Assembly (NCBI GenBank): GCA_016235265.1
Contig: JACRLI010000004.1
Span: forward strand, 171,485-235,484
DNA from: Candidatus Eiseniibacteriota bacterium
GTDB lineage: Bacteria > Eisenbacteria > RBG-16-71-46 > JACRLI01
Reading direction: 5' to 3'
DNA: 64,000 nt
Below, one piece after another: positions 9,747 to 18,771 of the stretch (positions are counted from its first letter, which is position 1; every line of letters starts with the position of its first letter). The notes under the pieces were generated by a model. It had not been told where the DNA came from. It made no database searches and was given only the letters and a program-made list of their open reading frames with translations. The position numbers and the translations under genes were made by a program.

Positions 9747-10198
9747 CGCTCCGCCATCTTCATCGCCGCCAGCTGTTGAACCGCGAGCACGTCCTTGCGC
9801 GTCCCGACCTGGATCCGGATGCCGCGACCCTCGGCGTAGCGCGGCGCCGCGTCCAGCAGCGCGAGGACCGCCGCGGGCAGGCCGGCGTCCTTCGCGGCCT
9901 TCGCCGCCTTCTCCCCGAGCACGAGTCCGACCAGAAAGCGACCTTCCTGCGGCGTGAGATACAGGATCACGCGGTCCTTGCGCTTCAGCCGCAGCGACCA
10001 GCCGAACTTGGGGGAGGCGAGGTTCCAGACTTCGAGCACCGGCTCGTACGCGCCGCGCGTGTGCGCGACGAGCCCGTGCCAGAGTGGGGCCGACCTGCCG
10101 AGCGCGCGATCCAGGTCCGCGGGGCCCGGCTGCCGGGACTTGTCGTCAAAGACGCTGAGGGCCAAGCGAATCTCCGGGTGCCAGGACCGCCGCCGCAC
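9743..10198 (-). CDS. DUF3788-like protein
   Basis: The segment GWSLRLKRKDRVILYLTPQEGRFLVGLVLGEKA matches the DUF3788 pattern from memory. Its stop overlaps the MFS start by 4 nt. Confidence 0.55.
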   Translation of the reverse strand: MRRRSWHPEIRLALSVFDDKSRQPGPADLDRALGRSAPLWHGLVAHTRGAYEPVLEVWNLASPKFGWSLRLKRKDRVILYLTPQEGRFLVGLVLGEKAAKAAKDAGLPAAVLALLDAAPRYAEGRGIRIQVGTRKDVLAVQQLAAMKMAER

Positions 10199-10222
10199 CC
10201 TCGATGAGGATCTCCTCCATCC

Positions 10223-11170
10223 TCACCGGTACAGCCTCCGCAGCCTGCCCCAGCTCGGCGGCGAAGCGGGCTGCGGGCCGAATCCCGCGGCGCGGGCCCA
10301 GCGGGACGCCATCCCGCCTGTGACCGCCCAGGTGGCGCGGCGGACACCGGGGCTGTTCGCGTCCGGGAACTCGCTCCACTCCGCCAGCTTCCACGTCCCC
10401 GTCCAGTCCGGCATGTACGTGAGCCACGCGGCCGTGAGCGCCTCGACCCGGCTGCTGTCCCGGAACGAAATGGAGAGATAGGTGTGCGTGGCGCAGCGGA
10501 CCCAGCCTGCGTGACCCGGCCGCGGATCGGACTCCTCGCGGTGCACATCGAGCTCGGCCGTCACGCGGACGGCCTGGGGAAGCCCGTTTGCAGGCTTGCC
10601 GCGGAGCAGCAGGTTCCAGCCGAATTGCACCTCGTCGTCGTAGTCCAGGGAATCGGACTGGCCGGGCACCTTGTCGCTGTCCTGGAAGCGGAACTTGAAC
10701 CCCGGGGCCAGCAGCTGCGGGTAGAGCTCCGGGTTGCGGCGCATGAACAGCGCGGCGATGTTGCGGGTCGCGATGGCGGGCGAGGTGGGCCGGCGGTAGT
10801 CGAACGGCAGCGCCACCGTGAGGCTCCGGATGTCGTAGCGGGCGATCGTGAAGGTGATGGAAGTGTCGGCGTAGCCCGGAAGGGACAGGGTGACGCGGTG
10901 CGGTCCCACCCGGAGCGAATCGAAGAGATGGGGCGTGGCCCATTGGACGGGGCTGTCGTCCATCGTGACCGCTGCACCGGATGGCACCGACACGAGATTC
11001 AGCGTGCCGATGCCCGGCGGGCCGGTGGCTTCCTCGACGCAGCCTGAAAGCAGCGCCGCGGCGAGGGGGAGCGCCGCGAACGCGGCGCGAGCGGCGGGTG
11101 CGTAAGGCCGTTCCGCGGGAACGGAGTGCGCAGCGGCCGTGCCGCGCGGGAACTTCCGGGTCGGGCTCAT
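10223..11170 (-). CDS. PEGA-domain lipoprotein (paralog 2)
   Basis: I set the start at M68 of the ORF, preceded by GGAGGAGG. The lipobox is LLSGC. A PEGA-like segment reads LNLVSVPSGAAVTMDD...GPHRVTLSLPGYAD. The C-terminus is SWGRLRRLYR. Confidence 0.6.
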   Translation of the reverse strand: MSPTRKFPRGTAAAHSVPAERPYAPAARAAFAALPLAAALLSGCVEEATGPPGIGTLNLVSVPSGAAVTMDDSPVQWATPHLFDSLRVGPHRVTLSLPGYADTSITFTIARYDIRSLTVALPFDYRRPTSPAIATRNIAALFMRRNPELYPQLLAPGFKFRFQDSDKVPGQSDSLDYDDEVQFGWNLLLRGKPANGLPQAVRVTAELDVHREESDPRPGHAGWVRCATHTYLSISFRDSSRVEALTAAWLTYMPDWTGTWKLAEWSEFPDANSPGVRRATWAVTGGMASRWARAAGFGPQPASPPSWGRLRRLYR

Positions 11171-11222
11171 GGATCCTCCTCCCCCGCGCGGTCTGGGAGG
11201 GTCGTGGCGCGGCCTGGGACGT

Positions 11223-12128
11223 CTACCGGTAGAGAATGCGTAGGTGACCCCACGTGGTCCTTGCAGCAGGCAGCGGCCGCAGGACTTGGGATGACGCCGC
11301 CTCCAGCGGAATTCGCTCCGCGGCACCGGCCGGCTGATCCACCCACTCCGCGAGCACCCAGGTACCGTCACCCCGGGGCTTGAAGTAGAGCACGACCGGG
11401 GAACGGACGCCCATCTGGCTTCCGTCGCCGAAGGTCACCGACAGCTCGGACGACATCCGGTACATTCTCCAGCTCTCATGTCGCGGGCGCGGGTCCGGAC
11501 CGGAATCGAGGGTCATGAACGCCAGGCCGATCCGGCTTGCACGGGGGAGTCCCTTCCCCGGAACTCCCATCTCGAAGAGGTTGCTCGCGAACGTGAGTTC
11601 CTGGCCCAGGACCATCGAGTCCGGTGACCCGCCGATGACATCGGCTTCCTGGAACCGGAACACGAACTGGGGGGACAGGTACTGCCGGTATTGTTCTGCA
11701 TTCATCTGCCCCCACGCCTTCTGGATCTTGGCGATCGCGTATTCCGGTGTCGTGGGCTGGATGACCTGCGCGGCCGGGACCAGCTCGGCGGCGTGCCGGG
11801 TCAGGCTGTCCACGAACACCGTGACGCGCTCCACCGATTCCAGGTCGACGGGAGTCAGGATCGCGCACCGCACCGTGTGCGTTCCCACCGCGAAGGAACC
11901 GAACTCGTACGGTGTCCGCACCCCCATGTCCCGGCCATCAATGTAGATCTCGGCATGCGTGGGAACGGAAGTGATGCTCAGCATGCCATGCTCTGTGAGA
12001 GGCTCAACGATCGGGTCGCCGCAGCCGCCGACGAGCGCGCCGAGAAACAGCGCGGCGGAAAGAAGCCCACCGGCTGTCGCAGGACCTGCGGGACTGCGGA
12101 AGGGCAGGAAGACGCGGCCGCACGACAT
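11223..12128 (-). CDS. PEGA-domain lipoprotein (paralog 1)
   Basis: The lipobox is LVGGC. The PEGA segment reads LSITSVPTHAEIYIDGRDMGVRTPYEF...GTHTV. The C-terminus is TWGHLRILYR. Confidence 0.65.
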   Translation of the reverse strand: MSCGRVFLPFRSPAGPATAGGLLSAALFLGALVGGCGDPIVEPLTEHGMLSITSVPTHAEIYIDGRDMGVRTPYEFGSFAVGTHTVRCAILTPVDLESVERVTVFVDSLTRHAAELVPAAQVIQPTTPEYAIAKIQKAWGQMNAEQYRQYLSPQFVFRFQEADVIGGSPDSMVLGQELTFASNLFEMGVPGKGLPRASRIGLAFMTLDSGPDPRPRHESWRMYRMSSELSVTFGDGSQMGVRSPVVLYFKPRGDGTWVLAEWVDQPAGAAERIPLEAASSQVLRPLPAARTTWGHLRILYR

Positions 12129-12188
12129 GGCTGCCTCCGGGGAACCCTGGTCGCGCTTGGCGGGCCCGGCGGGTGGGGCCCGCGGGGG

Positions 12189-12977
12189 CTACAGTTTCTT
12201 AAGCCTCTGCGCGGCCAGCCGCGCCTCCTCGGTGCCGGGATACTCCTGGCCCAGCCGGCGCAGCGTGGCGCGCGCCTCCGCCCGCTGGCCCAGCGCGGCC
12301 TGGCTCAGGCCCAGCTTGAGCATCGCGGCGGGGCACTTGATGTTGTGCGGATACTTCTCCAGCACCGCCTGGTAGGCCGGGGCTGCTTCGGTGAAGCGAC
12401 CCTGCTGGTAGAACGTCTCCCCGATCCAGAACTGCGCATTGCCGGCCAGTTCGGTGGAGGCAAAACCGGTCACGTACTGCTGGAACCCGGCGCGGGCCAG
12501 GTCGTACTTGCCGTTGGTGTAGTCCGCATAGGCGGCGTCGTAGAGCGGCTTGGGGTCGCGCAGCTCGGGCCGCGCGGAGGAGTCGGCGGACGAAGTGTCC
12601 TGGAAGGCCGGCGCGCGGGAGGCGTCAATCTTCTGCAGCACCTCCGCGAAGCGCTGGTTGCTGTCCTCCAGCTTGCCGATCACGGTGTCCAGCCGGCGCG
12701 CCATCTCGGCGATGCGCACGTCGCTGTCGGCCTTGGTGGAACGCAGGAAGTCGTTCTGGGACGAGACCTCCTTGCGCAGCTTGGCGGTCTCGGCGAGCTG
12801 GATGCGCTGGAGCGAGTCCAGCGCCGCCGCGCGCAGCTCGAGGCGCTGCACCGCCTGGAAGGTCTTGCCACCGTAGCAGCCCGCCAGCAGCGGCAGGGCC
12901 AGCGCGACCGGCAGCAACGCGATGACGCGACGCGCGGCCCCGTGTCCGCGCGTCGCCCTCAGTTCAACGGTGCGCAT
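12189..12977 (-). CDS. cpoB: Tol-Pal system protein CpoB/YbgF
   Basis: It has a lipoprotein-type signal peptide, an N-terminal coiled coil and C-terminal TPR repeats (YDAAYADYTNGKYDLARAGF...). It lies immediately downstream of pal. Confidence 0.85.
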   Translation of the reverse strand: MRTVELRATRGHGAARRVIALLPVALALPLLAGCYGGKTFQAVQRLELRAAALDSLQRIQLAETAKLRKEVSSQNDFLRSTKADSDVRIAEMARRLDTVIGKLEDSNQRFAEVLQKIDASRAPAFQDTSSADSSARPELRDPKPLYDAAYADYTNGKYDLARAGFQQYVTGFASTELAGNAQFWIGETFYQQGRFTEAAPAYQAVLEKYPHNIKCPAAMLKLGLSQAALGQRAEARATLRRLGQEYPGTEEARLAAQRLKKL

Positions 12978-12993
12978 GGCGCTCCCGCCGGCC

Positions 12994-13518
12994 TCACCGG
13001 ACCACGAAGTGCGCGCGGCGGTTCTTCGCCCACGCGGACTCGTCGTGGCCCTGGTCCACGGGCTTTTCCTTGCCGAAGCTCACGGTGGTCAGGCGGTTGC
13101 CGCCGACGCCGTAGCTGACCAGGTACTCCTTCACGCTGTTCGCGCGCCGCTCGCCCAGCGCCAGGTTGTACTCCACCGAGCCGCGCTCGTCACAGTTGCC
13201 CTGCACTTCCACGCGCACGTCGTTCTTGGACATGTGCGCCCCGGTGCGCGAGAGCACGCCGCGCGCCTCTTCGGAGAGGGTGGCGTCGTCGTAGGCGAAG
13301 TACACGTCCTTGTAGGTGAAACCCGTCTCGTCCTGCGACGACTCGGGGCCGTCGGTCGGCTTGGTGGTCTCGGGCGGGTTCGTATCGGTGGCGGGCGGCT
13401 TCACGACGTCGGTCGTCGGGCCCTCGGACTCCACGGATTTCCGCGAACATCCGGTCACGGCCAGCTGGCTGAGGACGAGCGCCGCTGCCACGATCAACAT
13501 CCACACGGGGCGTCTCAT
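12994..13518 (-). CDS. pal: peptidoglycan-associated lipoprotein Pal (OmpA family)
   Basis: The lipobox is VTGC. The OmpA_C motif reads GNCDERGSVEYNLALGERRANSV...RRAHFVV. Confidence 0.9.
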   Translation of the reverse strand: MRRPVWMLIVAAALVLSQLAVTGCSRKSVESEGPTTDVVKPPATDTNPPETTKPTDGPESSQDETGFTYKDVYFAYDDATLSEEARGVLSRTGAHMSKNDVRVEVQGNCDERGSVEYNLALGERRANSVKEYLVSYGVGGNRLTTVSFGKEKPVDQGHDESAWAKNRRAHFVVR

Positions 13519-13693
13519 GGTACAAACCTCCCAATGGAATCAAAGAAGGAAGCCCGGGGGTCTTCGACGAATCCTACCACAAAACCACTCGGCTGACCGC
13601 CCGCCGGCTGACACTCATCCGGGGGCCGATCCGCACCTCGCTGCTGTCCGGGGGCACGGACCCGCACCTCGCACCCGTCCCACCACATGAACC

Positions 13694-14989
13694 CTATCGC
13701 GACCAGGCGGGGGTCTGCACGCCCTCCGCGGGCGGCAGCGCGAACGTCTCCCCGCTGTCGGTGTTCAGGATGTGGAGCCGCGGCCGCCCGTCCCGGTTGG
13801 ACACGAACACCAGGTGCCGGCCGTTGCCCGCCCAGTGGGGGCTCTCGCTGCTGCCCTTGCCCTGGGTGAGGTTGTACACCTGCCCGCCGGACGCGTCCGC
13901 CATGCACACGTCGTAGCCGTTGCCCTGCCGGGCCATGAACGCCAGCAGCGTGCCCTTGGGCGACCAGCTGGGCGCCTCGTTGCGCGCCTGGTCTCGGGTG
14001 ACGCGCCGCGGGTTGGACCCGTCGGATTCCATGACGTACACCTGCGCCGAGCCCGCCCGGTCGGAGCAGAAGGCGACCTGGCGACCGTTGGGTGAGTACG
14101 AAGGCTGCACGTCGATGCCCGGGCTGTGGGTGAGGCGGCGCAGGCCGGTGCCGTCGCGGCGTATGGCGTAGATCTCGTGGTTGCCGTCGCGGCTGGTGGC
14201 GAATGCCACCTCCTCCCCGTCCGGCGAGAACGAGGGCGACAGGGCGCTGCCCGAATACGAGGCCAGCACCTTCTCGCGCATGGTGCCCAGCTCCAGCAGC
14301 ACGATGGCGAAGGTGCGCCCGCGCAGGGAGGTGAACGCCAGCGTGCGCCCGTCGGGCGAGAACGCGGGCGAGAAATCGAGGTTGCGGTCGCGGGTCACCT
14401 GGCGGGCGCCGTAGCCGTCGTAGTCGGCCACGAAGATCTCCTTGGCGCCGCCCACTTTCTGCGCCCACGCCAGCTGGCTCTGCGCGATCCCCTTCTCCCC
14501 CGAGAGCTGGAACACCACGTCGTCGGAGAGCTGGTGCGCGGCGCGGCGCAACTGCACGTCGCTGGCCCGGTAGCTCTTCTCCGAGATCAGGCTCCGGCCC
14601 GGCAGCCCGTAGAGGCGCGCCTGGACCTCGAAATCGCTGCCGTGCGCGCGGATCTCCACCGCCAGCTCGGCCTGCTCGGAGAGCCCCGAGAGGGCGGCGC
14701 TGTCGGTCACCGCGGGGCCCTCGGTGAGCGTGAACAGGCCGCTGATGGTGAGGTCGTTCTTCACCACCGCGCGCGCCTGCTGCGCCGCGGTCTGCGAGGA
14801 GGCCAGGTCGCCCGAAGGCACCCACTCGTCCAGCCGCAGCGCCAGCCGAGTGATGGACCCGCGCTTGATGCGGATGCGCACGTCGGGGGTCTGCGCCGAG
14901 GCCGGCGCGGGCGTGTCCTGCGCGACCACCACGGCCAGCAGCAGCGCGGCCGCGGCCAGCGTCCGCTCAGCGCGTGACTTCAAAGTCAA
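13694..14989 (-). CDS. tolB: Tol-Pal system beta-propeller protein TolB
   Basis: It has a signal peptide and repeated FSPDGR/WSPKG propeller blades. It is located between the tolA-like gene and pal. Confidence 0.9.
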   Translation of the reverse strand: MTLKSRAERTLAAAALLLAVVVAQDTPAPASAQTPDVRIRIKRGSITRLALRLDEWVPSGDLASSQTAAQQARAVVKNDLTISGLFTLTEGPAVTDSAALSGLSEQAELAVEIRAHGSDFEVQARLYGLPGRSLISEKSYRASDVQLRRAAHQLSDDVVFQLSGEKGIAQSQLAWAQKVGGAKEIFVADYDGYGARQVTRDRNLDFSPAFSPDGRTLAFTSLRGRTFAIVLLELGTMREKVLASYSGSALSPSFSPDGEEVAFATSRDGNHEIYAIRRDGTGLRRLTHSPGIDVQPSYSPNGRQVAFCSDRAGSAQVYVMESDGSNPRRVTRDQARNEAPSWSPKGTLLAFMARQGNGYDVCMADASGGQVYNLTQGKGSSESPHWAGNGRHLVFVSNRDGRPRLHILNTDSGETFALPPAEGVQTPAWSR

Positions 14990-15623
14990 AATGGACTCCC
15001 AGTTGGTCGGACTTGAAATCCGCCGGCAGCCGCGGAAGGGGGGACGACGCCAGCACCGCGCGCAGCGCGGCCTGGTCGAAGAGGGGCACGCCGGAGGGGG
15101 TCTCCACGCGCGCGTCCTCCACCGTGCCGTCGCGACGGATGCGGAATGCGATGGTGGTGCGGGTGCGCCGCGACACCCCGGGCTCGAGCCAGTTCCGCCC
15201 GATCACGTTGCGCACCGAAACCAGATAGTAACTGAAGGGGAAGTCGGAAGCCACACCGGGCGCCCCCGAGAGCCCGATGCGCGCCTCCGGCGTGGCCGGC
15301 GTGGCCGGCCCCGGCGGGGCGTTGGGCACCGGCGGGCGCTGGGTCTGCGCCGGGGGCGCGGGGGCCGGCCGGGCCACCGGCCGGACCTTCTTCGGCGAGG
15401 CCACCACCTCGTCGCGCGGCACCGGGATCGGCGGTCCCGTCACCGGGGCGGGCGCGACCGGTTCGGTGGCGCCGCCCACGAGGTCCACCGTGTAGCTCCC
15501 CGGCAGGCTCACCTCGATCACCTGCGGCTGGTGCAGCCACAGCCACGCCAGCACCGTGACATGCAGCACGGCGGAGAGGATCAGGCTGGCGCGGAAATCC
15601 CACGCGGGACGCGTGCGGGTCAT
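14967..15623 (-). CDS. TonB/TolA-family energy transducer
   Basis: It has an N-terminal TM anchor, a Pro-rich linker and a TonB_C-like domain (VEDARVETPSGVPLFDQAALRAV). Confidence 0.7.
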   Translation of the reverse strand: MTRTRPAWDFRASLILSAVLHVTVLAWLWLHQPQVIEVSLPGSYTVDLVGGATEPVAPAPVTGPPIPVPRDEVVASPKKVRPVARPAPAPPAQTQRPPVPNAPPGPATPATPEARIGLSGAPGVASDFPFSYYLVSVRNVIGRNWLEPGVSRRTRTTIAFRIRRDGTVEDARVETPSGVPLFDQAALRAVLASSPLPRLPADFKSDQLGVHFDFEVTR

Positions 15624-15670
15624 GATTCGACTATAGAAACCGTCCCGAAACGTGTCAAACTGGCGGACTC

Positions 15671-16585
15671 ATGGGGAATCTCGTCGCCTACGCGCTGTGC
15701 GCGCTCATCTGGAGCTCCACGTGGCTGTTCATCAAGGTGGGGCTGGAGAGCGTGACCCCAATCACCTCGCTCGCCGTCCGGTTCCTGCTGGCCGCCCCGG
15801 TGCTGTGGATCATGGCCCGCCGTGGGGGCGAGCCCTCGCCCCGCGGCGCCCGCGAATTCGCCACGCTGGCCTTCCAGGGCTTCGGCATGTGCGCCCTGCC
15901 CTACTTCCTGGTGTACTGGGGCGAGGCGAAGCTGCCCAGCGGCCTCACCGCGGTGCTGTTCGCGGTGCACGTGGTGACCGTGCCGGTGCTCGCGCACTTC
16001 CTGCTGACGCACGAGAAGTTTCGCCTCGGGCAGGTGGCGGGCATCCTGCTGGGGTTCGCGGGGGTGGTGATCGTGTGCTTCTCGAGGCTGCACGGCGCGG
16101 CGGACTGGGCGGGCGCCGCGGCGGTGCTGGTCGCGGCGGTGACGCAGGCCTACATGGCGGTGTTCTCGCGCAAGCGGCTGGAGAAGAAACCGCCGCTCAC
16201 CATGCTGGCGTGGGCCAACCTGTTCGGCGGGCTGATGCTGGTGCCCTTCGCGCTGCTGCTGGAGCCCCACCCCATCCGCCGCATGGACCCCATGGGCCTG
16301 GTGGCGATCCTGTACCTTTCGTGGTTCGGAACGGTGATCGCCTTTGCGCTGGTGTTCCGGCTGTTCCACAACTGGGGCGCCACGCGCACGTCCACCATCT
16401 CGCTGATCACGCCACCACTGGCGCTGCTGTGGGGCTGGATATTCCTGCACGAACAGCTCGGGCTGAGCTTCCTGATCGGCGGCGCGCTGGTCTCGGTCGG
16501 CGTGTGGCAGGCCAACCGCGAGGCTCACTCCGCCAGCAGCTCGATGCCCGCCGCTTCCAGGTCGCCCTCGAACTCCAGCGAGTAG
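15671..16585 (+). CDS. EamA/DMT-family transporter
   Basis: The 304-aa protein has 10 predicted TM helices and a duplicated EamA-like architecture. Confidence 0.85.
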   Translation: MGNLVAYALCALIWSSTWLFIKVGLESVTPITSLAVRFLLAAPVLWIMARRGGEPSPRGAREFATLAFQGFGMCALPYFLVYWGEAKLPSGLTAVLFAVHVVTVPVLAHFLLTHEKFRLGQVAGILLGFAGVVIVCFSRLHGAADWAGAAAVLVAAVTQAYMAVFSRKRLEKKPPLTMLAWANLFGGLMLVPFALLLEPHPIRRMDPMGLVAILYLSWFGTVIAFALVFRLFHNWGATRTSTISLITPPLALLWGWIFLHEQLGLSFLIGGALVSVGVWQANREAHSASSSMPAASRSPSNSSE

Positions 16586-16956
16586 TCCTTCGGCACGCGG
16601 AAGTACCACCACTGGCGCACCTGGTCCCAGTGGTGGTCGGTCGCGATGTCGTCGCCCCACAGGCAGGTGCCGCAGGGGACGGTGGCCTCCAGCATCCGGT
16701 TGTCCGCCAGTCCCAGGCGCGGGCGCACCCGGGTCCGCGTTCCGGCATCCAGGGCCTGCAGCGCCCCCTCCAGCAGCTCGCGGCCATCCATCTCGCCCAG
16801 GTAGGCGCTCAGGCTGAGGACATATCCCGAGTCGGCCACCTCGGAAGTGAGCGCCTCCCAGTCCGCGAGCAGGCCCTCCAGGCCGCGGTCCACGGTGGCC
16901 TCGTCACACCCCCGGCTGGCCAGGAAATCGCGCACGGCGTCGGTGCTGTGGATCAT
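16525..16956 (-). CDS. hypothetical acidic protein
   Basis: The 143-aa ORF has plausible composition but no domain I recognise. Its 3' end overlaps the eamA 3' end by 61 nt. Confidence 0.4.
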   Translation of the reverse strand: MIHSTDAVRDFLASRGCDEATVDRGLEGLLADWEALTSEVADSGYVLSLSAYLGEMDGRELLEGALQALDAGTRTRVRPRLGLADNRMLEATVPCGTCLWGDDIATDHHWDQVRQWWYFRVPKDYSLEFEGDLEAAGIELLAE

Positions 16957-17047
16957 GGGGGTCTCCTTCGGTGCGCGCGGCGCGCGGGGGCCTGCGGGCG
17001 GCCGCGGACGTGCGGCGGCGTGCAGGCACCCGTGGACGTGCGGTGCC

Positions 17048-17689
17048 TCAAGCTCCGCGCTTCGCGCGGCGCTCCATTTCCTCGAAAAGCGCCTCCAGCC
17101 CGCGGGCCGGGACGGTGATCACCTTCGGCTTGAAGTCGCGGGTGTAGACGGCCGTGTCCTTGTGATTGATCTGCGTGGTGGCCAGGATCGCGATGGCCTG
17201 CGCCCGGGCGCCCCGCGCCCGCAGGGCCCGCGAATCGTGCGAGCGGCCCTCGTCCAGCACCACCTCGAGCTCCGGCGCGCCGTCCAGGTAACTCAGCAGA
17301 TCCTGCCGGTAATTCGGACTGCCGCCCACCACCAGCCAGCGCACCAGGCCCGAGTCCACACACGCGCGTCGGGCCCGCTCGAAGGCGCGCCGGGAATTCG
17401 AGCCCACGCAGAAGGCGCACGCCTCGCGCCGCGCGGTGGCCACCACCTCACGCCCTCCCGCGGCTTCCTTCGCGAACCGAGCGCAGTCCTTGTCCGGGCA
17501 GTGCACCGCGAACGCCGCGCGCAACGCCTCCGCCGCGCGCCCGAGCTTGTCCTCGGAGATGTTCACCCGAGGCCGCTCCCCGATCACCCCTCCCGCCTTC
17601 AGCGCCGCCACCGCCCGGGCCCGGAGCCTCGATGTGTCGAAGCCGGACTCCGCCAGCCAGGTGTCGAGGTTGACGTGACCGTCAGGCAA
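17048..17689 (-). CDS. hypothetical protein, Cys-cluster (CPDKDC...CAFC) plus DUF2325-like C-terminal domain
   Basis: The C-terminal part (LVVGGSPNYRQDL...AIAILATTQINHKDTAVYTRDFKPKVITVPARGLEAL) resembles the DUF2325 pattern from memory. Confidence 0.5.
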   Translation of the reverse strand: MPDGHVNLDTWLAESGFDTSRLRARAVAALKAGGVIGERPRVNISEDKLGRAAEALRAAFAVHCPDKDCARFAKEAAGGREVVATARREACAFCVGSNSRRAFERARRACVDSGLVRWLVVGGSPNYRQDLLSYLDGAPELEVVLDEGRSHDSRALRARGARAQAIAILATTQINHKDTAVYTRDFKPKVITVPARGLEALFEEMERRAKRGA

Positions 17690-17832
17690 GGGGCCTCCAG
17701 GGCCGGGAGGTGCCGAAATCGCGGGTCAGCAGACCTTGCCCACCCTGCCTTGAGGGTACCACGTAGCGCTCCGGCGTTGTAGGGCAAGCATTTATGGCTG
17801 CCGGCCCGGGGCCTTTGCCCCGTGCCCCTGCC

Positions 17833-18771
17833 CTAGGCGCCCACTTCCAACTCCAGCATCTCCACCAGCAGGTCGGCCATCGTCACGAGGTCCAGCATGT
17901 TGTGGTGGAAGACCGGGACCAGGGGGTAGGGGTCTCCGTTCTTGACGTAACGGTGATAGCGGCCGGGGATCTCCGAGCCGGGGACGTCGCCCATCCGGCG
18001 CCGGCCGACCACCTTCCACTCCAGCGTCTGCAGGCGGCAGTTCTCGAAGTGGCCGCGCCAGTGGCGGCGGGAATGCGGAAGCAGGTCCACGTGGAACGGG
18101 TCGGCCGGCACCTTGAGCCGGTGGTACGCCGCCCGCGTCTTGATCATGGGCCAGTCGAAGCTGCGGCCGTTGAAGGTGACCAGGTTGGGGCGCTCGTCCA
18201 GGAGGTCGATGGTGGCCCGGATCAGCGCCTTCTCCTCGGCGTAGTGGCGGGCGAAGTACTGGCGCAGAATCCAGTCGTTGCGGCCCGCCACCATCACGCC
18301 CGTGAGGAACACCGGGCACTGCACCAGGCCGGCGGTCTCGAGGTCCAGGAACAGCGCCTTGCCCAGGCCGTCGTCCAGCAGCTTCGCCAGCTGTTCGTGC
18401 AGGTCGAGCTTCAGGGCCCGCTTGCGCGCGGCGTCCAGCCGGCGCAGGAACCGGGCGGTGAACTTGTCCAGTTCGGAGCGGCGGCGCTCGTGGAGGAACA
18501 GGGGACCGTGCGCGGTGTCGATCTCGCCGCCGGGCAGGTACACCTCCACGCCCACGGGCTCGATGTGAACCTCACTGCGGGCCACGGAGGCGCCGGCGGA
18601 GCCCGCGCGGCGGGCGGCAGCGGGTCGCTTTGCAGCGTTGGCGCGTGCCGGGGCGCGGGCACCCGGGCGCGCCGCGCCGGTGCCCCCGGCGCGCGCCGCG
18701 CCCGCGCCGCCCGCGCCCCTCGTGCCCCGCTTGAGCGCCTGCAGGCGCTCCTTCATACGCTCAGACGCCAC
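17833..18771 (-). CDS. mrfB: RNase H-like fold exonuclease, YprB/MrfB-like
   Basis: The exonuclease motif is LFLDLETAG, followed by LVTFNGRSFDWPM and HHNMLDLV. It lies immediately downstream of, and overlaps, the DUF1998 helicase, as in Bacillus yprA-yprB (mrfAB). Confidence 0.7.
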   Translation of the reverse strand: MASERMKERLQALKRGTRGAGGAGAARAGGTGAARPGARAPARANAAKRPAAARRAGSAGASVARSEVHIEPVGVEVYLPGGEIDTAHGPLFLHERRRSELDKFTARFLRRLDAARKRALKLDLHEQLAKLLDDGLGKALFLDLETAGLVQCPVFLTGVMVAGRNDWILRQYFARHYAEEKALIRATIDLLDERPNLVTFNGRSFDWPMIKTRAAYHRLKVPADPFHVDLLPHSRRHWRGHFENCRLQTLEWKVVGRRRMGDVPGSEIPGRYHRYVKNGDPYPLVPVFHHNMLDLVTMADLLVEMLELEVGA

